Shown here in pieces: positions 58,042 through 64,000 of a DNA stretch of 64,000 nucleotides. A program made the position numbers and the translations under genes. The notes under the pieces were generated by a model. That model searched no databases. It was not told where the DNA came from and saw only the letters and a program-made list of their open reading frames with translations. Every line of letters begins with the position of its first letter. Within the stretch, counting starts at the first letter, position 1. Source of the DNA: Acidobacteriota bacterium (GTDB taxonomy: Bacteria; Acidobacteriota; Vicinamibacteria; Vicinamibacterales; CAVVIG01); assembly GCA_016195265.1 (NCBI GenBank), contig JACPZW010000078.1, positions 78-64,077 of the forward strand, in the 5' to 3' direction.

Positions 58042-59776
58042 GGAGCCCGCGCGTCTCGTCGATCCGGACGAGCCGATTCGGCGCGAGGTCCGTGAACGTC
58101 TGGGTGATCCCCGAGGGCCACTCGACGACGACACGCGACACGCGCGAGTCCAGACCGAGGCCGAAGGTCAGCGTGAGCTCGCTCTGGGAGGCGTAGCTCG
58201 ATCCGCTGTGCACCATCTGCCATTGCGCGCCGGATGCGCTCGTCACGCGCACGACGGCGCCAAGCGCGCTGCGGTTCGAGCGCGTCCCGGCAAGCCGCAC
58301 GCGGAGCCAGTTGTGGCGATTGCCGCCATCGTTCCGGAACAGATGCGCGGCGCCGTTCAGTGTGGAGACGGCGACGTCGAGGTCGCCATCGCCGTCGAAA
58401 TCCGCGTAGGCCGCGCCGCGCGCCATCATCGGCCGATTGAAGGCCGCGCCGAGCGACGCCGACACATCGTCGAACGTGCCGTTTCCCTTGTTCCGCAGCA
58501 GGAGCGGCCGCTGGCTCAGACGCGCTCGAGCGTCACGGACCTGGGACTCGTCGGTCCCGCCGTTGGCGGCAAAGATGTCCGGCCAGCCGTCGAGATCGAA
58601 ATCGAAGAAAAACGCCGCCCAGGTCACCGACAGCAGACTGGCACGGCCGACTGTCGATCGCGGCGCGGCGTCGACGAACACCTTGCCGTTCTCGTTGTGA
58701 TAGAGCCCGAGCATTTCATTGAAGAAGTTGCCCACGAGCAAGTGCGGGCGTCCCGAGCGGTCGTAATCGGCCGCGTCGGTGCCCATGTTGGCGCGTGCGG
58801 CGCCGTTCTCGCTCAGCGCGACGCCCGCTTGGACGCCTTCTTCAACGAACCGGCCGTGTCCGTCGTTGCGATAGAGCTTGGCGGGGACGCGGTCGCTCCC
58901 GACGAACAGGTCCGGCCAGCCGTCGCCGTTAAAGTCGAGGACCGCGACGCCCATCGCCTTGTCGGTCGGCGCGTCGAGCCCGGCGCGCGCGGTAACGTCC
59001 TCGAACCGGCCGCCGCCCCGATTGCGATACAGCTTCGACGCGACGGGCCGGTACGCGTCCGGTCCGCAGTACCCGCGATCGCCGTTGAGCGCGCACACCA
59101 CCTCGGCGTCCGGTGACCACCGCACGTAGTTCCCGATGAACAGATCCGCCAGTCCGTCGCGGTCGTAATCGAGCCACGCCGCGCTGACGGCAAAGTCTGT
59201 GTTGCGAATGCCGGACCGGTCAGTCACGTCGGCGAACCTGCCTCCCTCATTGTGAAAGAGGCGTCCGCCCTCGACCGATGTCAGAAAGATGTCGTCCCGG
59301 CCGTCGTTGTCGTAATCGGCAATTGCCGCGCCCATCCCGTACAGGCTGACGGCGTCGAGCCCGCTTCCTGTGAACACGTCGCGAAACGTGCCGTCGCGAT
59401 TGTTGCGGTAGAGGCCGTGTCTCGAGCGTCGACCGCCAGCCGGCCAATCCCGACTGTCGACGAACAGCACGTCGGGCCAGCCATCGCCGTCGATGTCGAG
59501 GACCGCCACGCCGCCGCCGAAGAGTTCCGGATAGTACTTCCCGCCCGCCGCGCCATTGTGGTGAGCGAAGGTAATCCCTGCGCGCGCGGTCACGTCGGTG
59601 AACGCCGTTGGCGGAGGCGTCTGCGCCGCGGCGAACGCGCCGATGGCGGCAGCGAGAATGCCGGCGCACCGCCAGCGCCAAAACGTGCGGTCAATGTGAT
59701 CCAAAGCTCGGAATGTCACCGTTCTTGCGACATCTTGATACATTTCTGGGGAATTCGCGCTTGACACCGGTACCAA
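57989..59776 (-). CDS. CRTAC1-family protein (FG-GAP + ASPIC/UnbV)
   Basis: FTDVTARAGI, DxDxDG repeats, GSSYASQSE..LTFGLG, EWPSG; true start uncertain. Confidence 0.88.
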   Translation of the reverse strand: MVPVSSANSPEMYQDVARTVTFRALDHIDRTFWRWRCAGILAAAIGAFAAAQTPPPTAFTDVTARAGITFAHHNGAAGGKYYPELFGGGVAVLDIDGDGWPDVLFVDSRDWPAGGRRSRHGLYRNNRDGTFRDVFTGSGLDAVSLYGMGAAIADYDNDGRDDIFLTSVEGGRLFHNEGGRFADVTDRSGIRNTDFAVSAAWLDYDRDGLADLFIGNYVRWSPDAEVVCALNGDRGYCGPDAYRPVASKLYRNRGGGRFEDVTARAGLDAPTDKAMGVAVLDFNGDGWPDLFVGSDRVPAKLYRNDGHGRFVEEGVQAGVALSENGAARANMGTDAADYDRSGRPHLLVGNFFNEMLGLYHNENGKVFVDAAPRSTVGRASLLSVTWAAFFFDFDLDGWPDIFAANGGTDESQVRDARARLSQRPLLLRNKGNGTFDDVSASLGAAFNRPMMARGAAYADFDGDGDLDVAVSTLNGAAHLFRNDGGNRHNWLRVRLAGTRSNRSALGAVVRVTSASGAQWQMVHSGSSYASQSELTLTFGLGLDSRVSRVVVEWPSGITQTFTDLAPNRLVRIDETRGLLSDPSMKPAPAGAARPR

Positions 59777-59840
59777 CCCTACTTAGAGTGGCGCGCACAG
59801 CTCAAAAAGTGTGAATCATTGTCACGGAGGAAACCCCGTC

Positions 59841-62800
59841 GTGCGACATATTTTCGGACGATTCGGAGCCGTAAACTTCGCGCTCGTGATCGCGCTTGGC
59901 GCTCTGCTCGCGCCTCCGGCGCACGCCCAGCAGGCTTCCGGCATCGCCGGTGTCGTCCGCGACAGCACCGGGCTAGCGATCCCCGGGGTCACGGTCGAGG
60001 CGTCGAGCCCGGCCCTCATTGAAAAAGTCCGGGTCGTGACCACGGACGGCGAAGGCCGATACAGCATCGTCGACCTGCGCGTCGGTACCTACGTCGTCAC
60101 GTTTTCGCTGGCCGGCTTCTCCACGGTCAAGCGCGAGGGCGTCGAGCTCGGCTCGGGATTCACGGCGACGGTGAACGTCACGTTGAACGTGGGCGCGCTG
60201 GCCGAGACCATCACCGTCAGCGGAGAGTCGCCGGTAGTCGACACGCAGAGCTCCCGCAAGCAGGAGACGCTCAACACGCGCGAGCTCCAGGCCTTGCCGA
60301 GCGGTAATATCGGGCTCCAGACGCTCGCCTACGTGACGCCGGGCTTTGCCGCGTCGCAGGCCGACGTGGGCGGCACGCGCGACACGTGGTCCGCGCAGGG
60401 CGCGTACACGTTCTTCCACGGCAAGACGGGCACGCGCGCCTCATTCGACGGCTTCCGGAATCAGTACTTCATCGGCGCCGCGTCCGGCGTCGGGTACATC
60501 ACCGACCAGGGCACCATCGAGGAGCTGCAGCTCGAGACGACCGGCATGAGCGCAGAATCGGGCTCCGGCAGCACGTCGCTCAACGCGATTCCCAGAAGCG
60601 GGAGCAACAGCTTCCGCGGGGGCATCGACGCGTTCTACTCGAACAGCCAGATGCAGAGCGCGAACATCGACAGCGCCCTGCGGGCGTTCGGGATCGATTC
60701 GAGTTCCCAGGTGCAACGCATCTATCGCGACGGCGCGCAGTTCGGCGGGCCGATCAAGCGCGACCGCGTGTGGTTCTTTGCCGCGATCGCGCGCTGGGGA
60801 TCGACCGTCAATCAGCCGGGCGCGTACTACAACCCGCTGCAGGGCAAATCGACGGTGCCGGGGACGGCGACGCTCTTCTATCCCGGGCAGCCGGGCACTC
60901 CCTACGCCAACATGGCTCCCGACACGAGCCGGCCGGCCGCCAGCTTCGACTGGTTCAGAAATCATTCCCTCCGCACCACCGTGCAGGCATCCGAGCGGCA
61001 ACGCGTCAACGTCTACTTCGACATCCAGAAGTCGTGCAGATGTACGACAGGCCCGTTCACAGGCGCCAACGCCATCGAGTCGGAGCGCGGCTGGGACTGG
61101 TGGCCGTCGGGTGTCGTGCAGGGCACGTGGACGATGCCCGTCACGAGTCGCCTGCTCCTCGAGGCGGGCGCGTCGTGGCAGGTCGCCAACTGGATCAACT
61201 TCGTCGAGGAGGGCGTGACCCGGGACGATCGCTCCATCCTGGAGCTGTCGACGAGCTACCGGTACGGCGCGGCCGCCGTACTCACGGCGCCGGTCGCCCG
61301 CACGGGCCGCAGCGCCGAGCGGTTTTCGCTGTCGTACGTCACGGGCACGCACGTCATCAAAGTCGGCGTCACCGACGAGCAGGCGTTCAACGACGAGTCG
61401 AGAAGCCGCAACAATCCCGACGGCCTGAACTACGACTTCCTGAACGGAAAACCGTCGCGGATTCAATATCAAGCCGAGCCGTTTTTGCAGCAGGAACGCC
61501 AGAACATCGAGCTCGGCATCTTCGCCCAGGACGCATGGAAGATTCAGCGTCTGACCTTGAATCTAGGCTTGCGGTTCGACTATCTGAGCATGGGCTACCC
61601 GGCGGCCGACCTAGCGGCCGGTCTGTACGTCCCCGCCCGGCACGTCGATGCGTTGTCCGGCGTTCCAGACTGGAAGGACATCAACCCGCGCCTCGGCGTG
61701 ACGATGGACGTCTTCGGCAACGGCCGTACGGCCTTGAAGGCGTCGTTCGGCCGCTACAACCAGTTGAGCCGTAGCGACCTGACGCGGCGATTCCACCCGT
61801 TCAGCTCGTCGATCAACACGGCGTTCCGCAACTGGAACGACGACTTCTATCCCGTGGGCGACCCTCGCAGGGGGAACTTCATCCCGGACTGCGACCTGAA
61901 GAACTTCGGCACGAATGGGGAGTGCGGGCCGATTTCGAACGTGAACTTCGGGAAGTTTATCCCAACCTCGACGCTGTTCGACGACTCCGTCACCAAGGCC
62001 AATCGTGATTATTTGTGGGACATCAACGTGGAGCTCCAGCACGAGCTCGTGCAGGGCCTGTCCGTCAGTGCCGGCTACAACCGGAACTGGGACGGCAGCT
62101 TCACGGTGACGGAGAACACGCTGGTGGGTCCGCAGAACTTCGATGAGTTCTGCATCACCGCGCCGAAAGATTCACGCCTGCCGTCGGGCGGCGGCAACCA
62201 GCTCTGCGGGTTCTACGATATCCAGCCCCAGTACTTCGGGCTCGGCACGCTGCGCGTGACGAATGCCAAGGAGTTCGGCAGCCCCCAGCGTTATTGGGAC
62301 GGGTTCACATTCGCGGCGAACGGGCGTCTGCCCAGGGGCGTCAGGCTCGGAGGAGGCGTGGACCTGGGTCGGCAAGTGGACGACCACTGCTTCACGGTTG
62401 ACGTGCCCAACCAGCCGAACGACATTGGCAATACTCCGATGCTTGGCGGTCCGTTTTGCCGGATCGTGACATCGTGGGGAGACACCCTCGACGTCCGTTT
62501 CCGCGGGAGCGTTCCGCTGAAGGGCGGCATCGACGCCAGTTTCATCTACCGGAATACGCCCGGCGCGGAGGAATCGGCTTTCCTCACTGTGACGTCCGCC
62601 GACGTGACGTTCAAGAACCCGGCCCGCAAGACGCTCACGAGCGCCAAGACCGTGAATCTCTACGCGCCCAATTCTGTGTTCGGCGACCGCTTCTCGCAAC
62701 TCGACGTCGCCGTCAACAAGACGTTCAACCTTGGGTGGGGCCGCCTGAGGACAGCGCTCGACGTCTACAACGTACTGAACTCCAATTCCATCCAGTCTGT

Positions 62801-62888
62801 GGCGACGGCGTTCGGACCGCGCTGGCTGCGACCGACGGCGTTTCTCGACCCGCGCCTGGCGCGCGTCACTGCGAGCATTCAGTTCTGA
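59841..62888 (+). CDS. TonB-dependent receptor with carboxypeptidase-regulatory N-terminal domain
   Basis: GGAGG before GTG 59841; PGVTVEASSPALIEK, LTLNLGLRFD, PRLARVTASIQF. Confidence 0.9.
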   Translation: MRHIFGRFGAVNFALVIALGALLAPPAHAQQASGIAGVVRDSTGLAIPGVTVEASSPALIEKVRVVTTDGEGRYSIVDLRVGTYVVTFSLAGFSTVKREGVELGSGFTATVNVTLNVGALAETITVSGESPVVDTQSSRKQETLNTRELQALPSGNIGLQTLAYVTPGFAASQADVGGTRDTWSAQGAYTFFHGKTGTRASFDGFRNQYFIGAASGVGYITDQGTIEELQLETTGMSAESGSGSTSLNAIPRSGSNSFRGGIDAFYSNSQMQSANIDSALRAFGIDSSSQVQRIYRDGAQFGGPIKRDRVWFFAAIARWGSTVNQPGAYYNPLQGKSTVPGTATLFYPGQPGTPYANMAPDTSRPAASFDWFRNHSLRTTVQASERQRVNVYFDIQKSCRCTTGPFTGANAIESERGWDWWPSGVVQGTWTMPVTSRLLLEAGASWQVANWINFVEEGVTRDDRSILELSTSYRYGAAAVLTAPVARTGRSAERFSLSYVTGTHVIKVGVTDEQAFNDESRSRNNPDGLNYDFLNGKPSRIQYQAEPFLQQERQNIELGIFAQDAWKIQRLTLNLGLRFDYLSMGYPAADLAAGLYVPARHVDALSGVPDWKDINPRLGVTMDVFGNGRTALKASFGRYNQLSRSDLTRRFHPFSSSINTAFRNWNDDFYPVGDPRRGNFIPDCDLKNFGTNGECGPISNVNFGKFIPTSTLFDDSVTKANRDYLWDINVELQHELVQGLSVSAGYNRNWDGSFTVTENTLVGPQNFDEFCITAPKDSRLPSGGGNQLCGFYDIQPQYFGLGTLRVTNAKEFGSPQRYWDGFTFAANGRLPRGVRLGGGVDLGRQVDDHCFTVDVPNQPNDIGNTPMLGGPFCRIVTSWGDTLDVRFRGSVPLKGGIDASFIYRNTPGAEESAFLTVTSADVTFKNPARKTLTSAKTVNLYAPNSVFGDRFSQLDVAVNKTFNLGWGRLRTALDVYNVLNSNSIQSVATAFGPRWLRPTAFLDPRLARVTASIQF

Positions 62889-62905
62889 ATACCGGAAGGG
62901 GAGCC

Positions 62906-63232
62906 ATGCATCGAATGCTCGCGTTCGTCCTCGTGCTGTCGTTCGGCCACGTCTCCACCGTGCTGGCGGATGACAGCCTGCTCGCCACCGCAACCCGCAT
63001 CATGCTCAAGACGGCAGCGCGAAGCGCAGGATCGTCTCGGGCGGCCGGTCGTGCCACCACTGCCATCGCCACGGCCGAGCAGCAGTCGGGGCTCGCGGCC
63101 AGCGGCATGAGCCGGCGATCGAAGATCCTGATTGCCGTGGCTGCCGGCGCGGGGTTCGCGCTCAGCGCCTACGCCATCGACCACAAGGTCCTGGACAACA
63201 CGCCATCGAGTCTTGGCACGCGGAAGGATTGA
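62906..63232 (+). CDS. small hypothetical protein (signal peptide, C-terminal TM)
   Basis: GGGGAG RBS; hydrophobic N-terminus; KILIAVAAGAGFALSAYAI. Confidence 0.6.
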   Translation: MHRMLAFVLVLSFGHVSTVLADDSLLATATRIMLKTAARSAGSSRAAGRATTAIATAEQQSGLAASGMSRRSKILIAVAAGAGFALSAYAIDHKVLDNTPSSLGTRKD

Positions 63233-63535
63233 CGAGCGGGGGTATTTAGGCGGCGGCCGACAGAGTGGGCCGATGACGAGCCCCGCCGCCAGCGACCACG
63301 GACGGGCCACAAGCCCGTGATGTCCTCGGTCGTTCATAGCACGAAATGTCACTCGCGTCGAATATTCGCGTCACGACCGCGAGAAAACATTAAGGTGCAA
63401 GAAATGAACTAACGTGGCTGCCATATGATCGACTACGAGGCTGGCTTCACTGATTGCCGACTTCGCCGGTCTCGGTCGGGATTCCCTTATCGGCTATACC
63501 CAAGGTACGGCAGACTCAGTGCCTCCTCCCGTTCT

Positions 63536-64000
63536 TTACTCAGCGAAGTCCAACACCTCGCGAACCTTCGCCACAAGGGTGCCAGGCGTAAATGGTTTCT
63601 CAAGGAAGGGCGTCTTCGGATCGAGCACGCCACGATGCACGATCGCGTTGGCGGTGTAGCCCGACAGGTAGAGCACCTTCACCGTGGGACGAAGAGAGGT
63701 GACTGCGTCGGCAACCGTACGTCCACTCATGTGGGGCATGACGACGTCGGTGACCAACAGATGGATGGGGCCCTCATGGTGCCTCACCAGTTCGATCGCT
63801 GTCAGGCCCTCCGCGGCTTCGAGGACAGCGTAGCCGTTTCCTTCGAGAACCCGCCGCGCCAACAGGCGGACCCCACGCTCATCTTCAACGAGAAGGATGG
63901 TTTCGGTGCCACGTAGCGAGGCACTGGGCTTCAGCGGGGTGGCTGAGTCCAGCGGCGCATCGACCCGTGGCAAGTAGACTTTGAACGTCGTGCCTTGCCC
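63536..64000 (-). CDS. hybrid histidine kinase/response regulator, C-terminal part (5' end outside window)
   Basis: GQGTTFKVYLP then receiver ETILLVEDE, LLVTDVVMP, FLEKPF. Confidence 0.9.
   Translation of the reverse strand, partial: GQGTTFKVYLPRVDAPLDSATPLKPSASLRGTETILLVEDERGVRLLARRVLEGNGYAVLEAAEGLTAIELVRHHEGPIHLLVTDVVMPHMSGRTVADAVTSLRPTVKVLYLSGYTANAIVHRGVLDPKTPFLEKPFTPGTLVAKVREVLDFAE

Noticed and set aside
63233-63535. Lower-GC intergenic stretch as ncRNA or small gene
   Set aside because: No convincing stem set, RBS-ORF pair or repeat found by eye.
1-64000. CRISPR array, rRNA, tRNA, IS transposase or integrase
   Set aside because: No regularly spaced repeat-spacer units, cloverleaf or rRNA-like sequence, and no transposase or integrase motif seen.

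Overview
High-GC bacterial chromosomal window. The gene content (many signal-peptide proteins, TonB-dependent receptors with carboxypeptidase-regulatory N-termini, PQQ enzymes, FG-GAP/ASPIC-UnbV proteins) suggests an Acidobacteriota (Vicinamibacteria-like) source; this is inference. No rRNA, tRNA, CRISPR array or transposase was seen. Bases 1-20 kb hold periplasmic redox and hydrolase genes interleaved with short decayed defence/TA-type fragments (HNH, nucleotidyltransferase, HsdR, DprA), intact Fic and VapBC genes, and several intergenic repeat families. Bases 20-48 kb are a long minus-strand run: amidohydrolase, PQQ-haem dehydrogenase, TonB receptor, two MacB-like permeases plus ATPase, two paralogous M20 peptidases, nitrilase, FG-GAP/ASPIC proteins, a pentahaem-TPR protein and a TAXI-kinase-regulator triad. 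Bases 48-63 kb are a mostly plus-strand envelope cluster. The strongest candidate for an undescribed system is a 98-aa DIP1984-like coiled-coil gene (8601-8897, minus strand) followed 21 nt later by a ~195-nt highly structured putative ncRNA (8385-8579). All family assignments come from motif recognition by eye, not database searches.
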